From Octopus vulgaris (taxonomy: Eukaryota): 64,000 bases of DNA. A program made the translations under genes and the position numbers. Below are positions 1-13,660 of this stretch, one piece after another. Every line of letters starts with the position of its first letter. Position 1 is the stretch's first letter. Where the stretch lies: the NCBI GenBank assembly GCA_951406725.2, contig OX597817.1:48174001-48238000 (forward strand), in the 5' to 3' direction. A model generated the notes under the pieces. That model was given only the letters and a program-made list of their open reading frames with translations, did no database searches and had not been told where the DNA came from.

Positions 1-790
1 ATGATATATAGCCCATTGCTTGTATTATAGTGCATTGTTATACCATTCAAAACTTTTTATTCTTTACAAACAATACACAATGCTTCAAGCGAACTACAAT
101 ACTCTCCTAACATTAATATTATTACCACCTCTTGCTAATTTAATATTCTTTTTATTTAACCTTGCTATGATGGTACCCATATTTGGGAGAGTAGAGTATG
201 AAATTCTCTCTTACGGGAAAAAATTCTGTTGTATCTATGGGAAGCAGGAAAGTTTTTTCTAAAATTGTCATAGATTTCCATTATATGTTTATGGATATGG
301 CCCAGTTGAAGGGAACGTTATACCAGATCAAGTCCTTATTTTCAGACTTACGGCGCATGTAAGGGCGGAATCTACCTGTTCTCTCAACGCCTTTCAAAAT
401 CTTGACTTGATTATTAGGTATGACTCTATTACCAGTATTTTTCATATGCTTACAGGCTCAAGCAACTTGTCCATTCCCTCCACTACCCTTATTATCTAAA
501 CCAAAGTTCTTACTTGTTGTAGCATCTAATTTCCTGTTGTTGCTTATTTTTTTAAAATTCAAATTGATGGGTTAGCTGGATGCTTTTCTAGTTGGTATGT
601 TTTCCCGACCAAGTAAGTTTGTAATCCGTCTATCACTTAAAATCTCATTACTTTCTCTATAATTAAGTGCTGTACTTTCAGGACTAAGAAAAGTAATTTC
701 CTTGTCGTATCTTGCTTTAGACAAAGCGAAGTTGTAGTGGGGGTAATGGGTATTGAAAATTGGTAATTTCATAAAAAAGAGATTCATATC
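1..790 (-). mobile_element. Degenerate Penelope-like element fragment (RT thumb/linker region)
   Basis: Broken minus-strand frames give IFNTHYPHYNFALSKARY, IWYNVPFN, NFPASHRYNRIF and ISYSTLPNMGTII, matching the PLE WFNPP..HFP..H.L.KIF..SYS..PN signature. DNA similar to 49570-49740. Confidence 0.6.
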
Positions 791-1357
791 GTTTAAGTGA
801 CCAAATCAGTTTACGTCATTATTTGTGTTTGTGTGTATATATATATTTCAAAGGATTTATAGGGGCCCAGAAAGGGCAATTGCCCAAGGTATCTCGATAT
901 TGGAGCCCCCTGCTAAGAAGGCTAGGCGCGCCTCACCTCCTAGCAATCAATATGTAAAAGTGTCTTGGCTTCTTAAAAACTGTAATGGATCCACTTTTTA
1001 TCATTAAAAAATAGATTTTGTCACTTAAGAGACACCAAGTAATTCAATTAAAAATTTGTAGCTGCTTTTGGGGGGACAGACACAACAGGGAAACAACAGA
1101 ATATTCCTATGTATGTGTGTGCGTATGTATGTATGTATGTATGTATGTATGTATGTATGTATGTATGTATGTATGTATGTATGTATGTATGTATCTGCTA
1201 GTGTGTGAGTGCTTGTGTGTCTCTAAAGTATGAATGTATAAAGAGATTGATAGAAAAATGTTTTAAGTCTCAAGGCCAAATTCTTTCTTTCAACGCATGA
1301 CTGAGCTTGACCTGTGGCTTGACCAGCAGCAGTTAAAAGTACACACGCACGCATACA

Positions 1358-1395
<38 letters not shown>

Positions 1396-1820
1396 CGCGC
1401 ACGCGTGCTTCTACTTCTAGATAGCAAGTAAATATAGAAAAAATTGAAATTAGTTTTAATTATAAAATTACATCTCTCAACAGTTAAAACCATTCTTTTT
1501 CAGCTTTAGAATTATTGCATATATATTCAAATGTTTCATTAAATGGAACCTTTTTTCTTACTTATTTTATTTCCTATATTTTTCGTCATTCTGTCAAACA
1601 CTTGAAATAACTACATGGAAGTGGGGCAAAATTGGTAACTGGGTCAAAATGAATAATTTCCGATGTCTTGATATTTTCTCTCATCTTAACTATTATATTA
1701 ATTATAAGCTAAGAATCAGAAAAAATCGGAAAAAAGTTGTGTACAGATGCACACACATATTTAACTATGTGCACACATTCAAATATACACAAATATTTAT
1801 AGTTTATTATGGATATATTA

Positions 1821-2377
1821 TTGGGTTGTCCGGAAAGTTCGTGCCGATTTATAGTAGCTTACCTTTCAGCTTATTTTAGAACATGGTTGAGTCCATAAAA
1901 TAGGATTTGACTACACCTCCATTTAGAGCACAGTTTAAGCTATCTTTTCGTGGAAGAAGGTTTATGTTCCTATAATCTGTGTTAATTCTGTAACCCTTTA
2001 AAATGGAAGATAAGTCCATTTTCGGCACTTGATACTTTGGGAACCAGACAAAAATTGCTGCAGCTCGGCTGGGATGTGTTACCCCACCCTCCATATTCAC
2101 CAGATATTGCTCCTTCGGATTTCCACTTATTCAGGTCTCTGCAGAAAAGTCTTAATGGTAAAAATTTCAATTCCTTGGATGACATAAAAAGATATCTTGA
2201 TGAATTCTTTGCCACGAAACCACCACAATTCTGGGAAGAGAGTATTTTCAAGTTAAAGGAAAGATGGAGACGCATCGTGCAACAAAAGTTTTCATATTTG
2301 GCTGATAAAAAATGTAATGGAAAGTATTTATTGACCATTTTCTTTAAAAATCGGCACGAACTTTCCGGACAACCCAA
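1821..2377 (+). mobile_element. Internally deleted mariner (non-autonomous), 557 bp
   Basis: Perfect 30-bp TIRs TTGGGTTGTCCGGAAAGTTCGTGCCGATTT (1821-1850 / 2348-2377) with flanking TA. Transposase C-terminus LGWDVLPHPPYSPDIAPSDFHLFRSL. Confidence 0.95.
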
Positions 2378-2892
2378 TATAATCAACTCTCATAGACTTA
2401 ATTAACTAGAAAGTTCATATCTCTATTTAAGAACAGTTACAACTTAAAAGGGATAAGAGGTTAATAGGTAAAGATATTAAAATAAGAAAACAAAATAATA
2501 AGAAATTATAGAGAATAGTAAGAAAATATATTTAACATATTTTAAGGAGACAGAGTACTGAAATTTGAGGTAGGGAAGAGATAAAGATAACCTCAAAGAA
2601 GAAGCAATGGGTATAGGAGCAGTGAGGGCAACTGGAGGTATTCAGACCGAAAGGGCATTTTATAAGTTGTACAGTTACAGGTGCTATTACACACATAATT
2701 TTATAGTTTCACAAGGCTATGAAATTAGGAGTCTTACTTACATAAAAGCCATTACAAAATGCATAATATGATTAGTAGGGTAGAACGTCATAAAAAGGGA
2801 CAAATAATTTAATCACAAAAAACATGATGAAGTCAGACTAACAAGGCAGGAGTTTCCATAGGATAGTAATTACATGTAGCATACCACATACC

Positions 2893-3119
2893 TATTTCTT
2901 CACTACCCACAGGGGGCTAAACACGGAGAGGACAAACAAGGACAGACAAACGGATTAAGTCGATTATATCGACCCCAGTGCGTAACTTGTACTTATTTAA
3001 TCGACTCCGAAAGGATGAAAGGTAAGGTCAACCTCGGCGGAATTTGAACTTAGAACGTAACGGCAGACGAAATACCTTAAAGCATTTCGCCCGGCGTGCT
3101 AACGATTCTGCCAGCTCGC
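2893..3119 (-). mobile_element. tRNA-headed SINE with Nin/Deu-like core. Other copies near 14000, 14236-14556, 15045-15220, 18157-18332, 19060-19190, 45484-45693, 51897-52118, 57405-57616, 60388-60510, 63825-63990
   Basis: Recurrent GAGTTCAAATTCC (B-box-like) followed by GCCTTTCATCCTTTCGGGGTCGATAAATTAAGTACCAG; more than 10 copies on both strands. Confidence 0.85.
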
Positions 3120-3531
3120 TACATACCATACCATATAGCTTATAACATATGCAATGCACTTTAATTCATCATATAACACAATATCCCATGAATTTATTAT
3201 ATATAATACTAGAGGGTGAGTTCACATCAGAGACAACATTAAAATTAAACGACATTAGTGGCAACAAATGTTAAATGCTCGAAATACGAGAGCAAAAAAA
3301 CAGCCAACAACTAGTGAAGGGTCGTTTTCTTGTGATGTTTGTTTTGTTTTCCATTTGTGTCTTTCGTTGTTCGAAAAAATAGTTCATAATCCATGTACTC
3401 GTACTTCGTGTTTTTGTTCTACAAGTTTCGTGACGTCCTGTGCCCGCATATGCATATATATATATATATATATATATACGTATAGATGTAAGTATGTACA
3501 TATGCACACATATATATATATATATATACAT

Positions 3532-3733
3532 ACAGGCGGGATGGGTATGCGGTAATATACATTTGGAAGATCCTTGTCGAGAGTCCCAGATGAACCTACC
3601 TCGTGGCAAGAGGTGCAACACCAAATTCCCTTATTCACCAAATGCCACATATCAGAGGTGGCTCTCAATAATAACAATGTAGCATAACGGCGGTGCCCCA
3701 GCATGGCCACAGCTCTGAGCCGAAACTAAAAAA
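3532..3733 (+). mobile_element. Internally deleted CR1 3-prime fragment
   Basis: Shares TACAT(C/T)TGGAAGATCCT, GTCCCAGATGAAC and the tail GGCGGTGCCCCAGCATGGCCACAGCT..GAAACTAAAAAA with the CR1 at 53459-54363. Confidence 0.7.
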
Positions 3734-3741
3734 GTACATAC

Positions 3742-3772
<31 letters not shown>

Positions 3773-3940
3773 CACACATGAACACATCGAAACCGGTTAT
3801 ATTTTAAATCACTCAGTTACAAAAATATTAAACATTCCCTAAAATATATTTTTCTGCCTTTTTCAACTTTATTTACTTTTTTAACCGTAATTTTCGATCT
3901 TATAGACTCTAAGCATCTTTTCAGCCGTATATATATATAC

Positions 3941-4076
<136 letters not shown>

Positions 4077-4149
4077 ATTCTCATATATGCACACATGAAT
4101 ATGCATTTGTGTGCTTGCTTCTCACAATATGGAAACATTTCTCATAGCA

Positions 4150-5025
4150 TAATGACGGCATGACTGTGGGTGGAGGCCGTAAGAATCCAAAATGGATTCG
4201 CATCGACATTGTTGAAGCTCAAGCCTCAGGGAAGCGCTGATGTGCAGGCAGTTGCTATCAAGCTGAGTGCCAGTTACGAGTGATGGCACCGCATTAAGCC
4301 AAGCTCCGCTGTGAGGCTCGGAGGTTGAGTGAAAACATGTGCTGGTCAAGTCGGTGCATTAGCTTGTCCGAGGTTATGTTACACTAAATGGCGTCCTATT
4401 TCATTTGTGAGGACCGGACATTCACAGAGGGGTGCAGTCTGAGCCGGTTCCATGTCGTGTAGGCTTCTTCGCGTTCCCCGATCACAAATGGTTCAGTTGT
4501 GTTGCGAAGAACCCTGTTAATGAGGACACGGCAAGAGGTCACCAACGAGAAAAAAGCCGGTAAGGCCAGTGGGACCAGAGATCGAAAGCCAAGAACGCTA
4601 TATTTGATGGGTAAGGTAACCTATTGCCAGGTAGTGCTGTCAAACCGAACGTTGCATATCCCTTCGGCGGCCCGTTGAATAAAGGCGTCGAGATCCGTGA
4701 GGAGAGATGCGTGGTTGTAGCAAGGGGCACTGCGGAAGGTATACAGTAGCTTCGGCATGGCGAAGCAGTTTCTTAATAGGAACAATGCTGGGTGGGCATC
4801 GATTGCCGTCAATCATTCAAGCTGGGGGAGCTTAGACCTGAGGGTGGGGCGAATGGCAGGCAGGATGATCAGCGAACCAAAAATAAGGACGTTTTCCTTT
4901 GACGTCACTTGGACCTGGTGAAGTATTGAACGTACGTCCGAGAGGAGGCCACAAAGCCCTCTGCGCCGTAGTTGACGTTCACGACTTTCGACTTGGACGA
5001 GTTTATCTCGAGGCCTATCTCGCAA
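4150..5025 (-). mobile_element. CRE-clade-like non-LTR retrotransposon fragment
   Basis: Frames give HPALFLLRNCFAMPKLLYTFRSAPC and GAWLNAVPSLVTGTQLDSNCLHISASLRL..CRCESILDSYGLHPQSC (WL..P..LRL followed by CCHC, typical of CRE-type elements). Frameshifted. Confidence 0.65.
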
Positions 5026-5521
5026 TGTAAATATGTTTGGTGGCTATAAATTAACTCCAACTTATAGACTTACGGTTGTCATAGAGTAGGCTGAACAGCG
5101 CTCTATTCCTCTAGATACATTTAATGACCTAATTGCTTTTAATGCGTTCTTTTGTATATATAATTCTTTTGTTTTGATAGAACTATTCATATATATCCGG
5201 TTTGATGTTTTTATATTATGTATGCTTTGACGTTTTGATATTATGTATGTATTTATCTACGTTTTATCGGTGTATTTCATTGTACTACGTTTTTGAAGAG
5301 AAGTTTGACTTCTCTCTCAGTTTCTCATGGAAACTGCTAGAATGCAGCAGCAATCTAGACATGTATCTTAATAGAGCTATGTAATATGGAGTGACGAAAA
5401 AGTGAGATACTTGTTTCAAAAAGCCACTCGAGGAGACTTAATCTGCATCTATGATGCAAGACGATTGTACAGCACCTTACCTGTGCGGTATAGATGCAAG
5501 ATGAGTCGAAACTATAGCAGG

Positions 5522-5986
5522 GATTTTGAATAAAGAATCACATGAATTCCATTTTCTGCCACTGATCCATTTACTGTCTCTAATTTTGAATAAACAATCA
5601 CATGAATTCCATTTTCTGCCTCTGATCCATTTACTGTCTCTGATTTTGAATAAACAATCACATGAATTCCATTTTCTGCCACTGATCCATTTACTGTCTC
5701 TGATTTTGAATAAACAATCACATGAATTCCATTTTCTGCCTCTGATCCATTTTCTGTCTCTGATTTTGAATAAACAATCACATGAATTCCATTTTCTGCC
5801 ACTGATCCATTTACTGTCTCTGATTTTGAATAAACAATCACATGAATTCCATTTTCTGCCTCTGATCCATTTTCTGTCTCTGATTTTGAATAAACAATCA
5901 CATGAATTCCATTTTCTGCCTCTGATTCATTTTCTGTCTCTGATTTTGAATAAAGAATCACGTGAATTCCATTTTCTGTCTCTGAT
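5522..5986. repeat. 60-bp tandem minisatellite, about 7.7 copies
   Basis: Unit GATTTTGAATAAACAATCACATGAATTCCATTTTCTGCC(A/T)CTGATCCATTT(A/T)CTGTCTCT repeats in register line by line; no unique spacers. Confidence 0.97.
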
Positions 5987-5990
5987 CACA

Positions 5991-6021
<31 letters not shown>

Positions 6022-6057
6022 TAACAGGGACTATAACCACCCGAAAATACCGATCGA

Positions 6058-6118
6058 GAATTCCTTATACTCACCGGTCAGTTTCAGCAATTTCCGTTGC
6101 CTCATCAGAAAGGATTTC
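6058..6118 (-). ncRNA. Type I hammerhead ribozyme motif (canonical core)
   Basis: Minus strand reads gaaatccttt CTGATGA ggcaa cggaaa ttgct GAAA ctgaccggtgag TA taaggaattc; helices I-III can form with a few mismatches. Confidence 0.75.
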
Positions 6119-6394
6119 GGCAGTTACAAGACTGAATTCTCTGTCAGTATATATGTTTTCACCCCCAAAATCTATGGATGATTTAACAGAAAATTAATAC
6201 AGACAGCAATATGCAATGTTTTACCAAATAGGAAAACTATAATTGTCACTTAAATATGACCAGAATGTTAGAAACACCTACATTGCTAGAAATAAGAGCT
6301 AAAATTTTCTAATGCTTTAGTCTATTCTATGATAGTATACTCAGCTGTATGTATATATACATATACATACATATACATACATACATACATATAC

Positions 6395-6462
<68 letters not shown>

Positions 6463-6850
6463 GTAGGAGTGGCTGTGTGGTAATGAGCTTGCTTCCCAAC
6501 CACATGGTTCCGGGTTCAGTCCCACTGTGTGGCAACTTGGGCAAGTATCTTCTACTATTGATTTGGGCCGACCAAAGCCTTGTGAGTGGATTTGTGGCGG
6601 AAACTGGAAGAATCCTGTCGTGTATGTATATATGTATGTGTTTGTGTTTCTGTGTTTGTAACCCACCTCCATCACTTGACAACCGATGTTGGTGTGTTTG
6701 CGTCCCCGTAACTTAGCAGTTCAGCAAAAAAGACCGATAGAATAAGTACCGGGATTACAAAGAATAAGTCAGAGGGTCGATTTGATCGACTAAAGGCGGT
6801 GCTCCGGCATGACCGCAGTCATATGACTGAAACAAGTAAAAGAATAAAAG
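6463..6850 (+). mobile_element. SINE with CORE-like centre, internal microsatellite and CR1-like tail. Other copies at 23295-23690, 34150-34560(-), 52121-52516, 54690-54957, 56308-56712; fragments at 7380-7500, 48350-48545, 57895-58090
   Basis: Recurrent GGCTGTGTGGTAAG..GGTTCAGTCCC..CTTGGGCAAGTGTCTTCTAC and tail GGCGGTGCTCCAGCATGGCCGCAGTCAAATGACTGAAACAAGTAAAAG. Confidence 0.85.
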
Positions 6851-6882
6851 AATATATAGTCATTATATTCATGTATATTCGA

Positions 6883-7372
6883 ATCATCATCATTTAACGT
6901 ACGTTTTCCAAGCTGGCAGGAATTAGACGGTTTGATAGGAATTGGCATACTGGAGAGCTGTACTAGGCTCGTGTCTGCTTTGGTTTGTTTCTACGGCTGG
7001 ATGCTCTTCCGGACGCCAACCACTCCAAGAGTGTGGTGGATGCCTTTTACGTGTCACCGGCATTGTCCACGACTCCGATTTCACTTGGCTTGATAAGCAC
7101 ACCAAATCGCCAAAGGTTTCGATCACTTGTCATCGCCTCTGTGCGACCCAGCATCCGAAGACAATGCAACACTATCTCGTCTCATGTCTTTCTGGGCCTA
7201 CTTCTTCCATAGATTCCCTCCACAGTTAGAGACTGGCGCTTCTTTACACAAGTGTCATTGTCCATACGCGTTCCATACGCAGTCTTCCCTCTTTCCACAT
7301 CACATCTGACACCTCTTATGCCTAACTTTTCTTTCAAGATGCTTACAGTCTGTTGTATATGCACACTGAGAT
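6883..7372 (-). mobile_element. RTE LINE 3-prime fragment. Others at 39955-41052(+), 42375-42725(+), 53010-53285(-)
   Basis: QTVSILKEKLGIRGVRC..GRSRPRKT is homologous to the RTE at 23730-27178; (GAT)n tail. Confidence 0.8.
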
Positions 7373-7556
7373 TGCAAATCCAGCGAAGACTTATTCTTTG
7401 TAAGCCTAGTACTTATTCTATCGGTCTCTTTTGCCGAACCGCTAAGTTACGGAGACGTAAACACACCAGCATCGGTTGTCGAGCGATGTTGGGGGGACAA
7501 ACACAGACACACACACATATACACACACATATACATACGTACATACATACATACAT

Positions 7557-7641
<85 letters not shown>

Positions 7642-7646
<5 letters not shown>

Positions 7647-10600
7647 TTCTCGTAGGCCTCGTGTTGTATTTTAGCCATTTTTATTTTCAAAAATGGCTAC
7701 TGGTCACCACGAGGCTGAGGCGCAACTGAAGCGTGACGCCAAAACAAAAAAACAAGATTCCCTGTCGCAACGCACTGAACTTGACGGTGTAAACACTACT
7801 TACACCACCACCACCACCAGCATCGACAACAGCAACAAATACAAAACAAAGATCGCAAGGCCAAGCACCGTCACCGCCAGCAGTGATTCCACCACCATGG
7901 CAGCATCTGCTACTACAACTGCTATCCCTGCTAGCGACACCGCTACCAATAACAATACCAACATCACCATCACCGCCACCAATGCCTCCCTTGCTACTAA
8001 TACCTCCGCCGTCACCAAGAACGACAATAACAACAACAACAACAACAACAACAACAATTCCCTTCAGCCACTGCTCACTCCATCACCAACAAGTGAAGGT
8101 GAGGAAAAAATAACAACGACAATCAAACGAAGTGCCGAAATTTGCGCTAATGCAGGACCAAATTACGCAGACAATTTTCCACCCCTTGCTAGTTGCATAA
8201 TCAGCAACCACAAACCTAATACACCCACAACCCACACCCCCTGCCATCAACACCAACACCACCGGCAGTAACAACAATAACAAAACAACAACAAACTTCG
8301 CCGAGGTGATAAAAGAAAAAGTAACAAGAGTATCGTTTACTGCACAGCAGATAAAAGACTCCAGAGCCCTAATCACCAAAGAAAACGGCAAAATACACTT
8401 ACACATACCAGAACACATACTGAATGAGGAAAAAAAGAAAGCGATTATTTATAAAATAACAAACAAAACAACTAAAAGTCCAGAAAAGGCAAGCATGGAC
8501 AAACTAGAAAAGTGCCTACGCCCCATCTGGTGATACAAGAATTATGTGACTTGGGCGAACAAGTTCGCCCACGTACAGGTGGTTTTTCAGATTGAAGAGT
8601 TGGCAAAGCAATTCTCAACGCTAACCCTTCATTCCGATGAACTAACGATGACACCCAGTTACCTTGGCCAGAAGGTGACGAAAGTCATTATCAATAATGT
8701 CCCCCAAGTAACAACCACACTATGGATAACATCTGCCATAACATCCGAAATGGAGGACTTAAACATCCTGGATATCGCTGTTTCGAAACACAAGGACTGG
8801 CTGGGAAAGAGAATGGAGTTTCTCTTCCACATAAGCCAAGACGACATTAACAAAATTCCCACCCACGTACATCTTGCGGATGGCCGCAAGTTGTACATAG
8901 TAGTCGAGGGCAGAAGGCCACGCTGCTATACATGTGACAGTGAGGCACACCTCAAAAAGGAGTGCAAATCTGCCGCTAAATCACAACAACAACAACAGCC
9001 ACAGGAAAAACCACAAAAGCCAGCATTATTGCCCACACCACAATATGGACGGCTAATCAAGAAGCTGTATGCAGAAATGCATGAAAAACAACAAAGAACA
9101 GGCCAACCCAACCAAACAATACCACCACCAGCGCCAAGAACAGAATCATCACCACCAACAACAACTAAACCAATTCCAACACCGAGAATAACAACGAAGA
9201 AGACAAGCACCAAGGATGTAGGAGAGACAATCACCACACCAAACCCCCCAGCAACACCCTCCCCGCGCACCACAACAATATCTACAACCGCACAAACAGA
9301 CCCAGAAGCTTACCCCCTGCTGATTCGTCAGACTTTTCATCTAACGATGAAAGTTCGACAGAATGGCAAATAGCCACCGGGGGTAAAAGAAAAAGATTAA
9401 AAAAGACCAAACAAGAAAACGCAACCAAAGCAGGGAGATACCTGAACCCTGAAAACTCCATACACAACCAAACAAGCACCAACACCACAAAAACACACAC
9501 ATTGCTATCAGCGATAGACACCAAAGACTCCAAACTAATGGAGTACATCACAGCCCACACAAACATCTGTGAAGATGACTTCAAAACTAACAATCATCCA
9601 CGCACTATACCACCTAAACACATCCAAATACTACATATCACACAAACACAACACCACAAACTCAAAGCCCTCTTTCCAAACGCTGTTGGGGGTTTCCAAA
9701 AATATCTCTCTCAAAAACTCTATAAAAACCTGCTCCAAGACACATCAAAGAACGAGGAAGCCAAAACTTTCGACACAAGTAAGTAACTCTCTGTACTTTC
9801 TTTTTTGTGTTTTAAAGCACACACCCCAATAGAATCATGGTCAAGATTGGTTGTGTGAATGCGCGTGGCTTGGGGTCTCCTTGGAAACAAGGATACCTCC
9901 TAACTGACATCAAGTCACACGATTAGGGAATCATAGCCATAAGTGAGACCAGACTCCACGAGCCACGGGCCCTAAAGTCCATGTTTGGCGAACAGTTTAA
10001 CATTTATTTTGCTCCCTGTCTGCCAAGGATGGGCGGTAGTGGCACCGCGGTACTTTTTCACAAGAGCCTGGATCTCGAAGTCAAGACGATATTCGTAGAC
10101 CCGGAGGGTAGACTGGTCGTTCTGGATGTCGACGGCAGCAATGGGTGCGCTTTTCGACTCGTATCAATCTACGCACCGCCTTTAACAGGTCGGCCGGATT
10201 TCTTTCAACGTCTAGAAGTATTCCTGGGAACGTCTCGTCTTTTACTTTTAGTGGGGGATTGGAATGCTACCTTGGACACGCATCTAGACTATGTAGGGAG
10301 AGACAAAAACAAAAGGGGATGCAAATGCCTCAGAGACCTGCTCAGACGATTCCAACTGTCTGACAGGTACCGACTCGACCACCCAAATGCACCAACGTGG
10401 ACATGGAGCAACCGCAGTGGGTCATCGAGATTGTATCTAGATAGGATACTGTGTAGGACAGTAGACAAAGATAACTTAGGATGTTCACAATTCCACACAG
10501 TCAGCTACACGGATCACAAATTCGTGACGTGTACGCTAGACTTAGGGTCCTGGTTACTGGAAACTGAACGCATCATTCCCGTCCAGACAAGTTTTCAGAG

Positions 10601-13600
10601 ACATAATCAACACGTTAGTAAAAAGGGCTTTAACGGGAGCCATTGTCAACAACAAATGGTGGTTCGCCCTCAAGAGAGCAGTAAAAGCGGAAGCAATAAG
10701 ATATAGCAAGGCACTAGCCGTAGATAGAAATAGAGTAGAGGGTGAGTTAGTTAAGAAGTTAGAAGAGGCAATAAGAAGCGGCATCACACCCGACGTTTTG
10801 GCAGCAAGGTTGGCCCTTGACCAACACTTCAACGCCAAACACGAAGGGTGTGCTGTCAGGGCTAGGATGTGTGCTCTAAGGATGGAAGGTGTTGGAGCCG
10901 CGAGGGAGGCCCGGGTGGCGGAGGCGCAGCAGGGCAACAAAGCCACCATTCGGTCTCTGGTAGATGAACAAGGGCGCGAATTGCTCGAACCCAGCAAGAT
11001 GTGCGAGACATTTCAGCGGCACTTTGCCCGACTGTACGGGACGAGTGGTGAGCGTGAACGCAGGGTGGACTTCAGTGCCTACATGCACAGCCTACCACGA
11101 CTCTCGGCAAGAGAGGCAGAGTGCTGCGAAGGTGCCATCACGGCGGCGGAAGTGAAGGGACGCGATGGCAGAATGCTGGAGAGACAAATCACCGGGTTTG
11201 GATGGTCTGCCCTACGAGTTTTACAATTGTATGCCAGACTTGTTTGGAGACGTCTTGGCAGCGGTATACTGCAACTGGCAGCAAAACGGGAGCATACCCG
11301 GTTTTGTGAGTCGAGGAGCTGTAACACTGCTGAAGAAAGATCCAAACAAGGGGAACATTATAGATAACTTTAGACCAATCACTCTGCTCAATGCAGACCT
11401 GAAAATTTTGACAAAGGTGTTAGCCAAGAGGTTGGCGCTTGTCATCGAGAAACTGGTCGACAACGCACAAACGTGCGCCGTGCCGGGCCGGAGCATCCAT
11501 GACAACTTCCATCTGATGCGCTACATCATAGACAGGGTAGTTTACGAACCTGGCATGGATGGGGCCCTGATCAACTTGGATCAATCGAAAGCCTTCGATA
11601 GGGTAGACCATCGATACTTGGAGGCAGTCCTGAGAGCGGCTGGTTTCGGTCCCGTCTTCCGCGGCTGGATAGCTGCCTTGTACAGAGGCATCCGTTCGGT
11701 AATTCGCGTAAATGGACATCTATCGAGACCTTTCGACATTGCACGTTCGGTCCGTCAGGGATGCCCCTTCTCGGCGCTTCTATACGTATTGACTCTTGAG
11801 CCACTACTGCGGAAGCTGGCGACTCTGAGGGGCATCCCGCGAGAATTGGGATGCGGGACGAGCGTGTCTGCATACGCGGACGACGTCACCGTCCTAGTGT
11901 CAAGCCACGAGCACATCGAGCGGGTCGGCGAGACACTGAAAGACTACGAAGCGGTGACAGGAGCAAAAATCAACCGGGAAAAGTCAGTGGGCTTGCGGCT
12001 CGGCACCTGGAGAAGCAAGCCCATGCCGTCCACCAGTACCTCCGTCGTGGGACGCTGGACAGACGGCCCGGTTGAGTTGCTCGGGGTCTGGTTCGGTCCG
12101 GACCTCCAAATGGAGAAGAACTGGAACGAGATAACGAGTAGGGTGGTCACTCTCGCCCAGCAATGGGCCGAGAGGAAACTGTCCCTAAAAGGTCGGGCGG
12201 AGGTGGCGAACACGTACATCGCATCCATCATCTACTACCGCCTGACCGTCGTACCTTGTCCCGACCCTACCATCACCAAACTAGAACGCATTCTCTTTTG
12301 CTTCTTGTGGAAAGGATGCGTCCCGATGGTCAGGCGATCCATTTGCTGTCAACACCCGTTAAAAGGAGGGCTGGGCATGTCGTGGTTGATGATGCGCAGA
12401 CACGCGCTGAGACTGCGACATCTCCGGCTCTATGTAGACGACGGTGAACAGGTGTGGTCGCCGTTTGTGAGGCACGCATTCCCGCAACTCGTCTCCATGA
12501 CCGAACTGCAGTCGTGGATCAAAAAGAGGCCGAGGAAGGGCGAATGGCACCGCGAGTGTCGCGTTGCTCTCAAGCAACTCTGCCGTCCCGGGTCGACCTT
12601 GAGTGACTTCAACACAACCAAAGCATTCTATAGGGGATTAGTGGAAGGGAGGTACGACGACGACCTCGGGGCAAACTTGGGCGTCGACGAGGAATACCTG
12701 ACCCGCCTGTTTCAAACGATTTTCGGCCCGGGACCTATGGACAACTTCCAGAGATCCCTGGCCTGGCGGTGCTACCGAGAAGCGCTACCCGTTCGGGATA
12801 AGCTCTGGCTCGAGAAACACGGGGCCGACCTGCCCGAGATGCGGGCAGAGCGACGAAACCGCTCTGCACGCAATCGTGCAGTGTCCAGCAATTTCCGACC
12901 TGTGGGCTTATGTCGAACGACTGCTGTCACGTGTGGGACGTGTCAGTTTATCAGCCGAGTCTATCGTTAATATCGTCACGCCTCCTTCCTTCAAACGGGA
13001 AGGAAGAGCTATTTTTATCATACTTGTGGCTATGGCGAAAGAATGTATCTGGTGGACGCGCCTGAAAGGATTAGAGACAAACACTTTCCTCTCTGGTCAA
13101 TCTCTCATCAACTTCTTTAAGTATCACTTGAAGAGGAAAGTGAGAGTAGAGAGGCAAGTTTTGTCTAGTGAATGTTTTAAAAAAAGATGGGTGAATGTAG
13201 CAAGGATGGCACGTATGAATGACGAAGCCACCTTGACTATGATTATATGAACCGTAAACATTTATACAGAGAGTTGCTTATTTGCAAAAAAAAAAAAAGA
13301 AATATAACATGTGACTTCATTGACCGAGGTTACCGTGGTCTTTTCCGTAGGCTTTTCTTTCCACAGGTAAACCTCACCTTTCCCCCCCCTTTACACTTCA
13401 TATTGTCATTTCTGTGATTACGATCCCTATTGATCCACTTTTTCCCTCTCCCCTTCTCTTTTTTTTCCTCTCCCCCCCTTTTTTTAAATCCTCCCCTTTT
13501 TTTGTCCTCTTTCTTTCCTTTTACGATCCCTTTTGATCGAAAACCAACCCCCAAAAGAAAAGCTCTACCTTGTAATTTGTTCTGTCTGTGTGCAGCCCTG

Positions 13601-13619
13601 TGTGGCTAATAAAGAAACA

Positions 13620-13620
<1 letters not shown>
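7642..13620 (+). mobile_element. Near full-length Tx1/L1-group LINE, inactivated (ORF1 about 7693-9786, ORF2 about 9837-13250)
   Basis: ORF1 has the CCHC knuckle RCYTCDSEAHLKKEC. ORF2 has an APE endonuclease (NARGL, SETR, GDWN, LDRIL, TDH), RT (SPGLDG, FRPITLLN, DQSKAFD, VRQGCP, YADD) and a C-terminal CxxC..H..C. AATAAA at 13608. Lesions: TGA 8531, TAG 9924, frameshifts near 10545, 11160 and 12805. Confidence 0.92.
11165..12970 (+). pseudogene. Reverse transcriptase part of the disrupted LINE ORF2
   Basis: 601-aa open stretch with all RT motifs including YADD, bounded by frameshifts. Confidence 0.9.

Positions 13621-13660
<40 letters not shown>

Noticed and set aside
5522-5986. CRISPR array, or a repeat protein (open frames on both strands)
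   Set aside because: Head-to-tail units with no unique spacers, no cas genes and a eukaryotic context. The open frames follow trivially from a stop-free 60-bp unit.
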